From: an uncultured Desulfosarcina sp.
GTDB lineage: Bacteria > Desulfobacterota > Desulfobacteria > Desulfobacterales > Desulfosarcinaceae
Assembly (NCBI GenBank): GCA_963674945.2
Contig: CAXXWQ010000001.1
Span: forward strand, 1-64,000
Reading direction: 5' to 3'
Length of the DNA stretch: 64,000 bases
Shown here: positions 23,401-34,280 of the stretch, one piece after another
Layout: each line of letters begins with the position of its first letter
Numbering within the stretch: the stretch's first letter is position 1
Notes under the pieces: model-generated
Databases searched by the model: none
The model's input: only the letters and a program-made list of their open reading frames with translations
What the model was told of the DNA's origin: nothing
Made by a program: the position numbers and the translations under genes

Positions 23401-23495
23401 CCCTGGTTGATGGTGGATCGGTCGGCTATTTGTTGCAGGGCTTCATGATCGAAAAAAAATGGATCTTTGTCGTCCGTTGTGGTGAGCATCGTCAT
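20466..23495 (-). CDS. SNF2-family helicase with two SWIM zinc fingers
   Basis: CNC...CSH and CSC...CKH; LYPYQ, LADDMGLGKT, DEAQRIKN, LTGTPLEN, STDAGGVGLNLQ, WNPAVLEQRNARIHRLGQ. Confidence 0.95.
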   Translation of the reverse strand: MTMLTTTDDKDPFFFDHEALQQIADRSTINQGLIFFKENRVINLDRDENVLWAQVEDEQRSDFPLDIEIELDADGNPHYRCNCDDGTDSICSHLVATLYAYADHRQTADGILSATDTAISDRIKRGKSEVTVKADSGRPWFGNWTAASISGKTPFPRQYRVTIRSLHKRANFCSCPDFANNQLGTCKHIEAALHKIKKHPKYQTFKDQPAPIPYIYLAWDRTSAPVLTVHRSRSMAGDLSRLLDDYFTQSGDFSGRMPEDFFRFTAQVEEREDIHVGEDALNWAHRLAAEASQKLRSEKILDQIENSRGKLPGINARLYPYQIRGTGFLAGTGRALLADDMGLGKTLQAVSAAVWLKTHENIRTVMIICPASLKQQWAREIAKFTDLQCQIIQGPPPKRSVQYRREKTFFVINYELILRDLSVINEVLQPDLIILDEAQRIKNWRTKIAAAVKLIPTRYAFVLTGTPLENRLEDLYSLMQVVDPKVLGPLWRYMVDFHVTDERGKVLGYRNLSILRKRLAPVMLRRDRSIVSDQLPERILQRLDVPMTSKQREFHDDAMSKAGQLANIAKRRPLTPTEQNRLIAALQQARMACNAAGLVDKETKGSPKLDEMADLLDEICIQSGLKAVVFSCWELMTQMVEKRLRKMGLGYVRLHGGVPTAKRGELMDRFRNDDAAQVFVSTDAGGVGLNLQSGSALINMDVPWNPAVLEQRNARIHRLGQKRSVQIITLVAAASYEEQVLSLVNTKQHLFDNVVNEDATEDVVGVSKKMLETLVERLADPTEAGPVERLEESEPDEGKPLDKERGSKARPIDEAMRDCIKGLQEAFGPRIERIFGSQGSLIAVIDRVDGEAEQVAINLSKKVPVALIDLMTLSSLNRLGAASPLAQVQTYYDVKLDKPPVGGPSRLATLAEEKFNGAKMLMGQGLHTSALELLLSAQLATAADRAGFDIPKTVAEAGVWIYSEAIPKGIVTQEEAGLIMQAVGLSQATSVPEMLLDQLIKDTAAFMAQ

Positions 23496-23733
23496 CGTGT
23501 TTTCCTGTCTGCAAGATAAATCGGTTGCTTTCGTTTCGAGACCTGGCTCGTGTATTCAACACTGTTTTTTCGAGAAGCGCAGTTGTCGTAATCCCAAGAA
23601 CCATGAATGGAACAAACGAAAAGGGAAATATCATATACAATCGAGCAGTGTAAATATCTGGATAATGTTTCAAACGATTCGATTCTGCATAAATGGCTTT
23701 GTTAAATACCTTGCAGGTTTTTTTCCCGGTATA

Positions 23734-23779
23734 TTGAATTGTTTCTTAAAGGTGGCTATAATAATGTAAAAGTGTACAC
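23734..23779 (+). promoter_or_regulatory. Toxin-antitoxin promoter with Phd-type operator palindrome
   Basis: TTGAAT-N17-TATAAT (23734-23762) followed by GTGTACAC (23772-23779). Confidence 0.65.
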
Positions 23780-23795
23780 AAACAAGGTGGGCGAT

Positions 23796-24068
23796 ATGGA
23801 AACCATTGGTGTCAAAGAATTAAGGGATAATCTTAGCCAAATTATCAAAAAGGTTGAAAAAGGAAAGATCATCCAGGTATCACGGCATGGAAAACCTGTA
23901 ATAGAATTGAGACCCGGTAATCTGCCCCCTGTACATGATCTGGTTGTGCATCTCAATCGTCAGGGGCTTTCAGGGGGAGGTTCGGGAATTATTGGAAACG
24001 TAAAAAGTGTGGGAAACAGGAACGCCGGAACCCAAGTCTCCGATTATGTAATCGAGGATCGGAGATGA
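23796..24068 (+). CDS. Phd/YefM family antitoxin
   Basis: METIGVKELRDNLSQIIKKVEKG...VSRHGKPV. Confidence 0.9.
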   Translation: METIGVKELRDNLSQIIKKVEKGKIIQVSRHGKPVIELRPGNLPPVHDLVVHLNRQGLSGGGSGIIGNVKSVGNRNAGTQVSDYVIEDRR

Positions 24069-24499
24069 TCTCTTATTTCGACAGCAGCAGTATCGTGAAA
24101 TGGTTTTTTGATGAAGAGGATTCTGAAACCGCAAGGAGAGCAAAAGATTCCACGGACCTTGCGTTTACTTCCGTTGTCTCTCTTCCGGAAGTATTGTCGG
24201 CTTTTACCCGTTCTTTCCTGGAAAGCCGTTGTACAAAATCGGAATTGGCATTAATCCGTGACGAATTTCTCAGAATTTGGGTGAATTTCCAAAAGATAAA
24301 AATAAACGAAGATCTCATTCACCATTCAGGGCAGCTTGTGTTTACACATAATCTTCGAGGGTTTGATTCCATACACCTTGCTTCCGCACTGTTAATCGAC
24401 AACAATTCCCGGGAAATGACTTTTTTTTCATGTTTTGACAAGAGATTGAATCGCGCTGCCCGGATGGAAGGGATGCAAATCCATGAGGATGCCAAATGA
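24065..24499 (+). CDS. VapC-family PIN-domain toxin
   Basis: YFDSSSIVK, PEV, LRGFDSIHLASA, FDKRLNRAA; ATGA overlap with the antitoxin gene. Confidence 0.92.
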   Translation: MISYFDSSSIVKWFFDEEDSETARRAKDSTDLAFTSVVSLPEVLSAFTRSFLESRCTKSELALIRDEFLRIWVNFQKIKINEDLIHHSGQLVFTHNLRGFDSIHLASALLIDNNSREMTFFSCFDKRLNRAARMEGMQIHEDAK

Positions 24500-24651
24500 A
24501 GGGTAGTTTAGCGTCGATGAAATCCACCAAATTGTATGCCTTCTTGGCTCAAAGGGACATAAAGACCAGATAGGTGGTCCATGGCACCATTAATTTTTAT
24601 CCATTGCGCTAAATTCGAAAATTTTTTAGTGTTCCCTTATGGATACGATTC

Positions 24652-24672
24652 TTGTACCCCAGTTTGTACCCC
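24652..24672. repeat. 9-bp direct repeat TTGTACCCC x2, possible integrase arm-type sites
   Basis: Copies at 24652-24660 and 24664-24672, about 70 bp beyond the tRNA-Pro 3' end. Confidence 0.5.
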
Positions 24673-24686
24673 GAGGCAAAAACCAA

Positions 24687-24720
24687 GAAAAAAGGGGTTG
24701 CAGCAATAACCGCAATCCCT
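24687..24720 (-). terminator. Terminator after tRNA-Pro
   Basis: Minus strand GGGATTGCGG-loop-CTGCAACCCC followed by a T run. Confidence 0.65.
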
Positions 24721-24739
24721 CGATTCTTTTAAGCTTTTC

Positions 24740-24816
<77 letters not shown>

Positions 24817-24899
24817 ACGAGAAGCTGCCTGTCTAACACCATCGCCCAGGAGTGTCAAGGAGATAACAGAAAAAATTGACCCGTAGCACGCACCGTGAA

Positions 24900-25802
24900 A
24901 TGGCCCAGCCCAGGGCTTTGAAACCAGGCGACACCATCGGTGTCGTGGCGCCGTCCAGTCCCTTCGACCGCAACGCCTTCGATAGAGGTGTTCGAGCAAT
25001 GGAATCCATGGGATTTCGGCTGGCCGTCCCCGAAGAGGTATTTCAGGCATCCGATTTTCTTGCCGGTACCGACCAGTGTCGGGCAAATGCCGTGAATCGG
25101 CTGTTTGCGGATCCCGACATCGACGGCATCATCTGTGCGCGGGGCGGATACGGTTCCATGCGCATCCTTCCACTGTTGAACAGACGCAGTATCTCCCGCA
25201 ACCCCAAGGTCTTCGTCGGATTCAGCGATATCACCGCCCTGTTGGGATATTTTGTGTCCAGTTGCGCCATGGTGGCCTTCCACGGCCCGACCATAACCAC
25301 CCTGGGCACCGGTGATTCGTTGACCCGTGAACGTTTCCTGACGGCCCTGACGCGGCCGAAGCCTCTGACGCTGACGGCTTCGAAGGCCCAGGTGGTTTGT
25401 CCGGGCAGGGCCAGGGGCACTTTTTTCTGTGGCAACCTCACCGTATTGTGTCATTTGACGGGTACCGCATTTCAACCCGATTACGACGGCTGCATCCTCC
25501 TCGTCGAAGACCGTGGCGAGGCACCCTATCGCATCGACCGAATGCTGACCCAGATGATCATGGCAGGCTGTTTCAATAAGATATCCGGGGTGGCATTGGG
25601 AAACTTTTCCGACTGTGGCTCCCTGGATGCGGTTCATCGCATCTTTGCCGAACGGCTGGGCGAACTGCATATCCCCATACTATCCGGTTTTGACGTGGGG
25701 CACGAGGCAATCAACACAACCGTGCCCGTCGGCTTGGCTGTTGAACTGGACACGTTCGCTGGAACCCTGGCGTTTACCGGATCCGCCCTTCGTGAGGAGT
25801 AA
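24900..25802 (+). CDS. LD-carboxypeptidase, peptidase S66 (LdcA-like)
   Basis: LKPGDTIGVVAPSS, ARGGYG, GFSDITAL, LLVED..E.PYRIDRML, GH. Confidence 0.93.
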   Translation: MAQPRALKPGDTIGVVAPSSPFDRNAFDRGVRAMESMGFRLAVPEEVFQASDFLAGTDQCRANAVNRLFADPDIDGIICARGGYGSMRILPLLNRRSISRNPKVFVGFSDITALLGYFVSSCAMVAFHGPTITTLGTGDSLTRERFLTALTRPKPLTLTASKAQVVCPGRARGTFFCGNLTVLCHLTGTAFQPDYDGCILLVEDRGEAPYRIDRMLTQMIMAGCFNKISGVALGNFSDCGSLDAVHRIFAERLGELHIPILSGFDVGHEAINTTVPVGLAVELDTFAGTLAFTGSALREE

Positions 25803-25808
25803 CGGCCC

Positions 25809-26897
25809 ATGGTCACCGGCGTTCTGGATCAGATGATGAGAGCGGGGTTACGGGATTGTGTGTTCCCCGGAGCGGTTCTGCTGGTGGGAAAAGGGGATCG
25901 GCCGCTCTTTTTCGAGGCATTTGGTCGCGCCAATCTGTTTTCCGGACAGAAGATGACCCGAAGCACCGTCTTCGACCTGGCATCGTTGACCAAGCCCCTT
26001 GCCACGACGCTGGCGGTGGCCAAGCTCGTCGATGAACAAAAAATCACCCTGGATGACCCGGTGGGAAGATGGTTCTCCTCCTTTGCCGACGGTGACAAGG
26101 CACCCATCACCGTACGGCAACTGCTGGGCCACCAAAGCGGACTTCCCGCCCACAGGCGGTTCTATATGTCCCTGAAGAACTTCGCACCAAGGATGCGAAA
26201 ACCGGCTGTGTTGGATCTCATCAAATCCATACCACTGGCGTATCGGCCCGGTGAGAAGAGATTGTACAGCGATTTGGGGTTCATGGTACTTTGCCGCCTG
26301 GTCGAGGTTGTGGGTGGCCGCTCCATGGACCGTTTCCTCGCATCCGAAATATACGGACCGGCTGGTGCGGGAGACCTCTTTTTCGTGGACCTCCTGGATG
26401 GAAAAAAACCCGATCGCGCTTTTGCCGCCACCGAACTATGTCCCATACGAAACCGTCTTTTGATCGGGGAGGTCCACGACGACAACGCCTGGTGGGCCGG
26501 TGGTGTCGACGGCCATGCGGGGCTCTTCGGCACGGCCGGTGCGGTTTTTCAGCTGATTCGAAAATTGCTCGACTGTCTTGCCGGGGGTGCCACTTCGTCT
26601 TTGTTGTCCCAGCGGACAATGTCGGAATTCGTACACGGCACCGGCACCGAATCGTTTCCCCTCGGGTTTGATCGGCCCGATGCGATCAATTCGAGTGCGG
26701 GCCGCCATTTCTCCGCCAACACCATCGGGCACCTGGGATTTACCGGTGTTTCCTTCTGGGCGGACCTGAATCGCGATTTTACCGTCATCTTGCTCACCAA
26801 CCGGGTGCATCCATCGCGGTGGAATCATCGGCTTTTGTCCTTTCGTCCCCGACTCCATGATCGAATCCTGGAACATTTTGAAATCGTATCGGATTAA
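25809..26897 (+). CDS. Serine hydrolase, beta-lactamase family
   Basis: FDLASLTK (SxxK), YSDLGF, GEVHDDNA, GHAGLF, GHLGFTG, LTNRVHP. Confidence 0.93.
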   Translation: MVTGVLDQMMRAGLRDCVFPGAVLLVGKGDRPLFFEAFGRANLFSGQKMTRSTVFDLASLTKPLATTLAVAKLVDEQKITLDDPVGRWFSSFADGDKAPITVRQLLGHQSGLPAHRRFYMSLKNFAPRMRKPAVLDLIKSIPLAYRPGEKRLYSDLGFMVLCRLVEVVGGRSMDRFLASEIYGPAGAGDLFFVDLLDGKKPDRAFAATELCPIRNRLLIGEVHDDNAWWAGGVDGHAGLFGTAGAVFQLIRKLLDCLAGGATSSLLSQRTMSEFVHGTGTESFPLGFDRPDAINSSAGRHFSANTIGHLGFTGVSFWADLNRDFTVILLTNRVHPSRWNHRLLSFRPRLHDRILEHFEIVSD

Positions 26898-27048
26898 AGC
26901 GGATGGAAGAAAAACAACTCTTGATAACACAGGTGCTTTCTGATATTTATTCGGTTTATCCGTGTCACGTAAAGTAATGCCCAAACAGTTTGCCGTAGCC
27001 TTTTTAGAAAACCCGACGTGTCGGAACGACGTTATTAACAGAAAATGA

Positions 27049-28095
<1,047 letters not shown>

Positions 28096-28104
28096 CGAAA
28101 GCCC

Positions 28105-28941
28105 ATGTTTTCCAAAAGGATGATTCTGTTTGCCACCGTGATCGTTCTTATTACGGTGAATATCATACTTTTGACCATAACCGCGAAACATGCCCACACA
28201 CCAAACGGTATCGGCCGGGGGACATTGCTCGTTCTTTCTCCCTTTCAGCGGCAGCTTACCAACTTCGTTCAATCCGTAAAAGGCATTTGGAACCATTACT
28301 TCTTCCTGGTATTCACGGAAAAAGAGAACCAACGGTTGAAAACGGAACTGGGGCGCCAAACCGCGGCATTGAACCGTTGCGCAGAAATTGAACTGGCCAA
28401 CGACCGTTTTCGTCGTCTTCTCGGGTTCGAAGCGACCATTTCCCAGAAGATGGTCGCCGCCCGCGTGGTGGGAAAGGATCCATCCGCCTGGTCCAAAACC
28501 ATTATCGTGGACAAGGGAACCGGCAACGGCATACGAAGTGGTGCGCCCGTGGTCGTTTCCGAGGGAGTCGTCGGGGTGGTTGTGGACGCCTCCCTGCGAT
28601 TCGCCAAAGTGCTCTTGTTGGTGGACCCAAACAGTGCCGTCGACGCCTTGGTGCAAAAAACCCGGGCGCGGGGAATCGTAAAAGGGGGGGGGGCAGGGTA
28701 TTTGATGTTCGATTATGTCCTGAGAAAGCATGACATCGGCGTGGGTGACACGGTCGTCACCTCGGGACTCGACGGAGTCTTTCCCAAGGGGCTTCGGGTA
28801 GGAAGGGTTTCGGAGGTCGTCAAACTCAACGCCGGCATCTTTCAAAAAGTCTCGGTTACGCCGTACGTGGATTACGAGATCCTCGAAGAGGTCTTCATCC
28901 TCCCCGCACCGACCGAGAAAAACCTCTTCGAGGAACCATGA
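28105..28941 (+). CDS. mreC: Rod shape-determining protein MreC
   Basis: N-terminal TM, coiled coil, IVDKG, GDTVVTSGLDGVFPKG. Confidence 0.96.
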   Translation: MFSKRMILFATVIVLITVNIILLTITAKHAHTPNGIGRGTLLVLSPFQRQLTNFVQSVKGIWNHYFFLVFTEKENQRLKTELGRQTAALNRCAEIELANDRFRRLLGFEATISQKMVAARVVGKDPSAWSKTIIVDKGTGNGIRSGAPVVVSEGVVGVVVDASLRFAKVLLLVDPNSAVDALVQKTRARGIVKGGGAGYLMFDYVLRKHDIGVGDTVVTSGLDGVFPKGLRVGRVSEVVKLNAGIFQKVSVTPYVDYEILEEVFILPAPTEKNLFEEP

Positions 28942-29462
28942 TCCACGTCTACCACGTGTTCCTCGGCCTCTTTCTGATTATCTTCCAGGCCACCGTTCTC
29001 GCGGACCTGCCCGTACATTTTTACGATTTGGTTGCTCCCTTTATGGTCTATCTGGGCGTTTTCCGACGACCTCGGGAGGCCATTGTTCTTGTGATATTTT
29101 GCGGTCTGATCATGGATGGACTTTCCGGCGGCGTGTTCGGCGTTCATTTGACCGTCTACATCTGGATCTACGCCGGCGTTCGATGGGCCATTCAATTTCT
29201 GCATGTGGGCAATGTGATCCTCATGCCCCTTTTGGTGTCCGGCGGCATTGCCTTCCAGAGTCTGGTAGAGGCATTTGCCGCCGTCGTACTGGCATCGCCG
29301 ACGTGGCCTACGGCTTTCGTCTTTTCCGTCGTTTCGACGCAAATCATGTGGGGAATCATAACCGGACCCGTTTTGATGTTCTTGTTGATGCGCGGACAAC
29401 ATTTGGCGCGGCGAGCGGGAAAATCCTTACTTTCGGAGAAAGACTTGTTGAGGAGACCTTGA
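28938..29462 (+). CDS. mreD: Rod shape-determining protein MreD
   Basis: Hydrophobic 174 aa ORF with GLIMD motif between mreC and mrdA. Confidence 0.8.
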   Translation: MIHVYHVFLGLFLIIFQATVLADLPVHFYDLVAPFMVYLGVFRRPREAIVLVIFCGLIMDGLSGGVFGVHLTVYIWIYAGVRWAIQFLHVGNVILMPLLVSGGIAFQSLVEAFAAVVLASPTWPTAFVFSVVSTQIMWGIITGPVLMFLLMRGQHLARRAGKSLLSEKDLLRRP

Positions 29463-31336
29463 CCGACTACCTGGACAATGTGGACAGCGATTGGTTCAGT
29501 CAGCGTCTGAGTGTGACCATGGCGATTATCATCGCCGTTTTTGTCGTACTGGTTTCCCGGCTGATATTTTTGCAGGTGATCGAAGGCAAGGAATATCGGA
29601 GATTGTCGGAAATCAACAGTATTCGGTTGAGGAGCGTGGATGCGCCGCGTGGCCTGATTTTCGATTCGAAGAACCGCTTGATGGCCGATAACCGACCCGC
29701 CTACAATCTGAGTGTCATCGTGAAAGACGCCGCGCCCCTGGAACGGACCATGGAGAAACTGGCCCACTACACCGGACTCGAAGAGGAGAAGCTTTGGCAG
29801 AGCCTGGACAAGGCAAAGGGGATTCCGGCCTACAAGCCCGTACTCCTCAAACCCGACATCAGTCGCAATGCCCTTGCCGCCATCGAGGTAAATCGATGGG
29901 ATCTGCCGGGAATCATGGTCAATGTCTCCCCCAGGAGAGATTATATTTTCAGTCCCAGCTCCGCCCACATCCTGGGGTATATGGGGGAAATCAATGCAGA
30001 GGAATTGCGGATTCAGCGCTACAAAGGATGTAAAACCGGTGATTTCATAGGAAAATTCGGTATCGAACGGGTGAGGGAGAACTGGTTGCGCGGAAAGCGT
30101 GGCGGCCAGCAGGTGGAGGTGAATGCCACCGGTCAGGTGGTTCGGGTGATCAGTACGGTGGCGGCGACACCGGGCCACAATATCATTTTGAGTATCGACG
30201 AAGCCCTCCAGCGGGTTGCGGAATCGCTGTTGGGAGAACAGGCCGGCGCTGCCGTTGCCGTGGATCCGTTTACGGGTGATGTGCTTGCCATGGCATCGAG
30301 TCCCTCCTTTGATCAGAATGCGTTTATTTCCGGTATGTCCCACGAAGCCTGGAACGCCATGGTCGCCGACCCGTTGCACCCTTTGGAAAACAAGGCCATA
30401 CAGGCCGAATACCCACCGGCATCCACCTATAAGATCATTGCAGCCACGGCCGCTTTGGAAGAGGGGATCATCGATTCGAACACCTCATTTTACTGCCCCG
30501 GTTCCATTCGGTTTGGAAATCGGACCTATCGGTGCTGGAAACGATGGGGGCACGGAGATATGGACATTCTCGGCGCCCTGAGAGAATCGTGTGACGTCTT
30601 TTTCTATAAGGTCGGAATGGAACTGGGGGTCGACCGGCTTGCCTGGTATGCGCGGGCGTTTGGTTTGGGTGAACCCACCGGTGTCGACCTGAATCACGAG
30701 GCCGATGGCCTTGTGCCGACCGCCCGGTGGAAGAAGGAACGCATCGGTGTTTCATGGCAAAAGGGGGAGACCCTGTCCGTGGTCATTGGACAGGGATTTA
30801 ATCTGGCCACTCCCTTGCAAATGGCCATGGTGGTTGCCGCTGTTGGCAATGGTGGAACACGCTATCGTCCCCATATCGTAAAGACCATACGAACGGCGGA
30901 CGGCAAAAGCATATTTGAGAGCAAGCCCCAAGTCGTCGGGAAACTGCCCATCAGCGAGGAAAATCTGAGGATTCTGAGAGAGGGCCTTTTCCAGGCGGTG
31001 AATCAGCGCAAGGGGACGGCATGGGCCAGCCGATTGGATGGACAGATGGTCATGAGCGGAAAGACCGGAACGGCGCAGGTGGTTGGCAGAAAAGACGATG
31101 ATGCCAACGGGGATGGTCAGGGAGAGCCGATCAAGGATCATGCATGGTTCGTGGCCTATGCGCCCCAAGATCATCCCCGGATTGCCGTTGCCGTCATTGT
31201 GGAGCACGGGGAACACGGCTCCTCGGCCGCCGCTCCCATTGCGGCGGAAATGATCCGTTTTTATCTTTCAGGCGGAAAGCCCGTTGAAGAGGGGAATTTG
31301 ACTGCGCGACCGGTCCCTCCCGGACAGGGCGATTGA
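29459..31336 (+). CDS. mrdA: Penicillin-binding protein 2 (probable TTG start)
   Basis: APRGLIFD, YPPASTYK (SxxK), SCDVFFY, SGKTGTAQ, DHAWF; GAGGAG before TTG at 29459. Confidence 0.95.
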   Translation: MTDYLDNVDSDWFSQRLSVTMAIIIAVFVVLVSRLIFLQVIEGKEYRRLSEINSIRLRSVDAPRGLIFDSKNRLMADNRPAYNLSVIVKDAAPLERTMEKLAHYTGLEEEKLWQSLDKAKGIPAYKPVLLKPDISRNALAAIEVNRWDLPGIMVNVSPRRDYIFSPSSAHILGYMGEINAEELRIQRYKGCKTGDFIGKFGIERVRENWLRGKRGGQQVEVNATGQVVRVISTVAATPGHNIILSIDEALQRVAESLLGEQAGAAVAVDPFTGDVLAMASSPSFDQNAFISGMSHEAWNAMVADPLHPLENKAIQAEYPPASTYKIIAATAALEEGIIDSNTSFYCPGSIRFGNRTYRCWKRWGHGDMDILGALRESCDVFFYKVGMELGVDRLAWYARAFGLGEPTGVDLNHEADGLVPTARWKKERIGVSWQKGETLSVVIGQGFNLATPLQMAMVVAAVGNGGTRYRPHIVKTIRTADGKSIFESKPQVVGKLPISEENLRILREGLFQAVNQRKGTAWASRLDGQMVMSGKTGTAQVVGRKDDDANGDGQGEPIKDHAWFVAYAPQDHPRIAVAVIVEHGEHGSSAAAPIAAEMIRFYLSGGKPVEEGNLTARPVPPGQGD

Positions 31337-31411
31337 ACCTGAGCCCTTCGCCTTTGGCAGACGGCCAGTCGCGCAATTTAGAAAATCACGACGCAAAAGA
31401 AGCGATACACC

Positions 31412-32515
31412 ATGTTTGACCGACGACTGCTTCAATGTTTCGATTGGGGACTTCTCGTTTTCACCATTGCCATCGCCGTTGCGGGTCTCGTCGCCCTTTA
31501 CAGTGCCGTCACCGCAGGTGCCATGGAGCCGGATGTGACGCTGTTTAAAAAACAGCTTCTCTGGTATGGGGTCGGCTTCGGTGTCATGATCCTCTGTTTC
31601 GTGTTTGACTATAAGCTGTTCGAACGTTTGGCCAATATCATCTACCTGGCTTCCGTGGGGACCTTGATGGCCGTTTTGTTTTTCGGAAAATTTGTGGCCG
31701 GTTCCCGTCGCTGGCTGCAGCTTGGGCCCTTCACCCTCCAGCCGTCCGAGATGGCAAAGGTGGCCGTGATCATCATCCTGGCCCGTTACTATGCCAAAAT
31801 CATCAATACCGAAGGGCTTACCATACGGGACCTCATTCCGCCAGTCGTTCTTACCGCCGTTCCGTTTGCCCTCATCGTTCGTCAGCCGGATCTGGGCACC
31901 GCCATGGTCATCGCACTCATTGCAGGTGCCATGACCCTTTTCGTAAAGATCGAGCGGCGCACTTTCGGCTGGTTGCTGACGACGCTGGCCATGATGGTGC
32001 CGTCCGTATGGTTTTTTTTGCACGGCTATCAGAAGCAACGCATTTTAACCTTCTTAAATCCCGAAAGAGATCCGCTGGGTGCCGGTTACCACATCATCCA
32101 ATCCAAAATCGCCATAGGCTCGGGTATGCTCACCGGCAAGGGATTCTTAAAAGGAACACAAAACGCCCTTTCATTTTTACCCGAACAGCATACCGATTTC
32201 ATCTTTTCGGTGCTGGCAGAGGAGTGGGGATTCGTGGGCGGTGGCCTGGTGATCCTTCTCTTTATGTTCATCATCGCCTGGGGACTGAATATCGCCGGAC
32301 GATGCCGGGATCCCTTTGGCACCATTCTTTCCGTCGGTGTCACGACCATGATTGCCTGGCAGGTGTTCATCAATATCGGGATGGTGATGGGACTCTTACC
32401 GGTGGTGGGGGTGACCTTGCCCTTCGTGAGCTATGGCGGCTCTTCGATCATTACCATGATGATGGGCGTCGGTCTTCTTCTGAACGTAAGCATGCGTCGG
32501 TTCAAGTTTGAATAG
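31412..32515 (+). CDS. rodA: Rod shape-determining protein RodA (SEDS family)
   Basis: GSRRWL, QPSEMAK, QPDLGTA, YQKQRI, LPEQHTDFIF, LPFVSYGGSS. Confidence 0.97.
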   Translation: MFDRRLLQCFDWGLLVFTIAIAVAGLVALYSAVTAGAMEPDVTLFKKQLLWYGVGFGVMILCFVFDYKLFERLANIIYLASVGTLMAVLFFGKFVAGSRRWLQLGPFTLQPSEMAKVAVIIILARYYAKIINTEGLTIRDLIPPVVLTAVPFALIVRQPDLGTAMVIALIAGAMTLFVKIERRTFGWLLTTLAMMVPSVWFFLHGYQKQRILTFLNPERDPLGAGYHIIQSKIAIGSGMLTGKGFLKGTQNALSFLPEQHTDFIFSVLAEEWGFVGGGLVILLFMFIIAWGLNIAGRCRDPFGTILSVGVTTMIAWQVFINIGMVMGLLPVVGVTLPFVSYGGSSIITMMMGVGLLLNVSMRRFKFE

Positions 32516-32516
32516 T

Positions 32517-32641
32517 GACGGATTCATAAAAAGTCCGATATCGGCGTTACGCTTCATCCTTCGTCACTGTGGCGTACGATACGTACGCCTCATTCCTCAC
32601 GGACTCGCAAGCCTTGATCTCGGGCTTTTTACGAATCCGTC
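32517..32641 (+). repeat. Palindromic intergenic element, core family member 2
   Basis: 22-bp terminal inverted repeat GACGGATTCATAAAAAGTCCGA / TCGGGCTTTTTACGAATCCGTC (20 of 22 match). Confidence 0.88.
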
Positions 32642-32696
32642 CGAACGGCGACAATTTACGAGATCACCAATCGTGAAGTAAATCAAAGGGGGCACG

Positions 32697-33101
32697 ATGA
32701 AGAAAAAGGTGAGTGCGGATCACATCTCAACGCTATTGGGTGTGGGCACTTCCATTGAGGGGACCTTGACCTTTGCAGATACGATTCGACTGGACGGGTC
32801 GGTCAAAGGGAAAATCGTATCCAAAGAAGGTACCTTGATTGTCGGGGAAAGAGCGGTCTTGGATGCGCACATCCAGGTGAAAACGGCAATCGTCAAGGGA
32901 ACCGTCAGCGGGCCGATCCACGCAACGGAAAAGATCGAGGCCTATGCACCGGCGAAAATTACGGGTGATATTCAAGCGGCCACCATTTCCATCGAAAGCG
33001 GCGTCCGTCTAAATGGAAACTGCCGCATGAACAATTCCGGAAGCCCGCCGGAAAGGAAAAACCCAGCCGAGGTTACCGAATCTGACAAAAAAGTCAAATG
33101 A
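32697..33101 (+). CDS. Bactofilin (polymer-forming cytoskeletal protein)
   Basis: TLLGVGTSIEGTL...IRLDGSVKGKI...GDI...ISIESGVRLNGNC.M beta-helix pattern. Confidence 0.92.
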   Translation: MKKKVSADHISTLLGVGTSIEGTLTFADTIRLDGSVKGKIVSKEGTLIVGERAVLDAHIQVKTAIVKGTVSGPIHATEKIEAYAPAKITGDIQAATISIESGVRLNGNCRMNNSGSPPERKNPAEVTESDKKVK

Positions 33102-33120
33102 CGGTAACGATAAAAAACCT

Positions 33121-33150
33121 TTGACATGCAAGCTGTGCAGATGGTATAGG
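33121..33150 (+). promoter_or_regulatory. Putative atp operon promoter
   Basis: TTGACA-N18-TATAGG with upstream TG. Confidence 0.45.
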
Positions 33151-33243
33151 CAGCCGGAGTTTGCGCCTGTCGTAACTTATATCATTCACACACAATTTGT
33201 AGTTTTTAGGAACATTTAATCCTACTTTCACGGAGGCTCTTAG

Positions 33244-33669
33244 ATGGTAAGCGTCGATGGATCCATAGTTATACAAATCGTAAATTTTCTGTTGTTGATG
33301 TGGATTTTGAATATGGTCTTGTATCGGCCGATTCGAAAAATTGTGTTGGAGCGGAAAGATAAAGTGGACGGGCTTTCGTCCGGCATCGAAGATTCCGCCG
33401 ACCAGGTCAAGGCGAAAGAAGTCGCTTACGCCGAGGGCATCCGTCAGGCAAGGTCCGCCGGGCAGAAAGAGAAAGAGGCGTTGATCCAGGCAGCGGCGGA
33501 AGAGGAGCGGGTGATCATCGGAAAAATCAACGAATCGGCCCAGGCGGAACTCAAAAAGGTCAAAGAGAATATTGCCCAGGAAGTGGGGGGCGTCAAGGCA
33601 GCACTCGAAAAAGAAATAGACGCATTTGCAGATGCGATAGGACAAAAAATATTGGGGAGGGTTGCTTAA
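33244..33669 (+). CDS. ATP synthase F0 subunit b'
   Basis: IQIVNFLLLMWILNMVLYRPI followed by a coiled coil. Confidence 0.9.
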   Translation: MVSVDGSIVIQIVNFLLLMWILNMVLYRPIRKIVLERKDKVDGLSSGIEDSADQVKAKEVAYAEGIRQARSAGQKEKEALIQAAAEEERVIIGKINESAQAELKKVKENIAQEVGGVKAALEKEIDAFADAIGQKILGRVA

Positions 33670-34280
33670 TGAAGGTTCCAATTTTCAGAGCAAGGCGCCG
33701 GCACGCAAGGTGGATTTTTCCTTTTGTGCTGATTGCGCTTTTGTTGTTTGGAGGCGCTTTTGTCTTTGCTTCCGAAGGTGGCGGGCACGGGGATGCAGAG
33801 GCCAAGGGGTGGGTGAAAACAGATACCTATCGGGTCATGAATTTCGCCGTCCTGGCAATCGGTCTCTTTTTGATCCTCAAAAAGCCGGCTGCCTCGGCGC
33901 TTAGCGGCCGGATTCAAGAGATAAAGGAAGAGTTGGAGGATCTCGAAGAAAAGAAAGCGGCGGCCGAGGCAAAACTGGTGGAGTACGATGCCAAAATGGC
34001 GGAACTGGACGGCGAGGCCAAGACCATACTCGATGAGTATGTGAAACAGGGCGAAGCCGCCAAGGCCAGAATTCTGGAAGAAGCCGAAGCAGCGGCTGAA
34101 AAACTCAAGGAGCAGGCCAGCAAGAACATCGAATCCGAATTCTTGCAGGCGAAGGCGGATCTGAAGGCTGAAATCGTCGAAAAGGCACTGGCTAAGGCCG
34201 AGGCGATCATCAAGGAAAAAATCAATTCGGAAGACCAGGAAAGACTGGTTGACGAATACTTACAGAAGGTGGTGGCATAG
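33669..34280 (+). CDS. atpF: ATP synthase F0 subunit b with N-terminal extension
   Basis: YRVMNFAVL..L..ILKKP followed by a long coiled coil. Confidence 0.92.
   Translation: MKVPIFRARRRHARWIFPFVLIALLLFGGAFVFASEGGGHGDAEAKGWVKTDTYRVMNFAVLAIGLFLILKKPAASALSGRIQEIKEELEDLEEKKAAAEAKLVEYDAKMAELDGEAKTILDEYVKQGEAAKARILEEAEAAAEKLKEQASKNIESEFLQAKADLKAEIVEKALAKAEAIIKEKINSEDQERLVDEYLQKVVA

Noticed and set aside
23443..23769. Short ORFs between the SNF2 gene and the antitoxin
   Set aside because: AT-rich divergent promoter region; no convincing RBS or motif.
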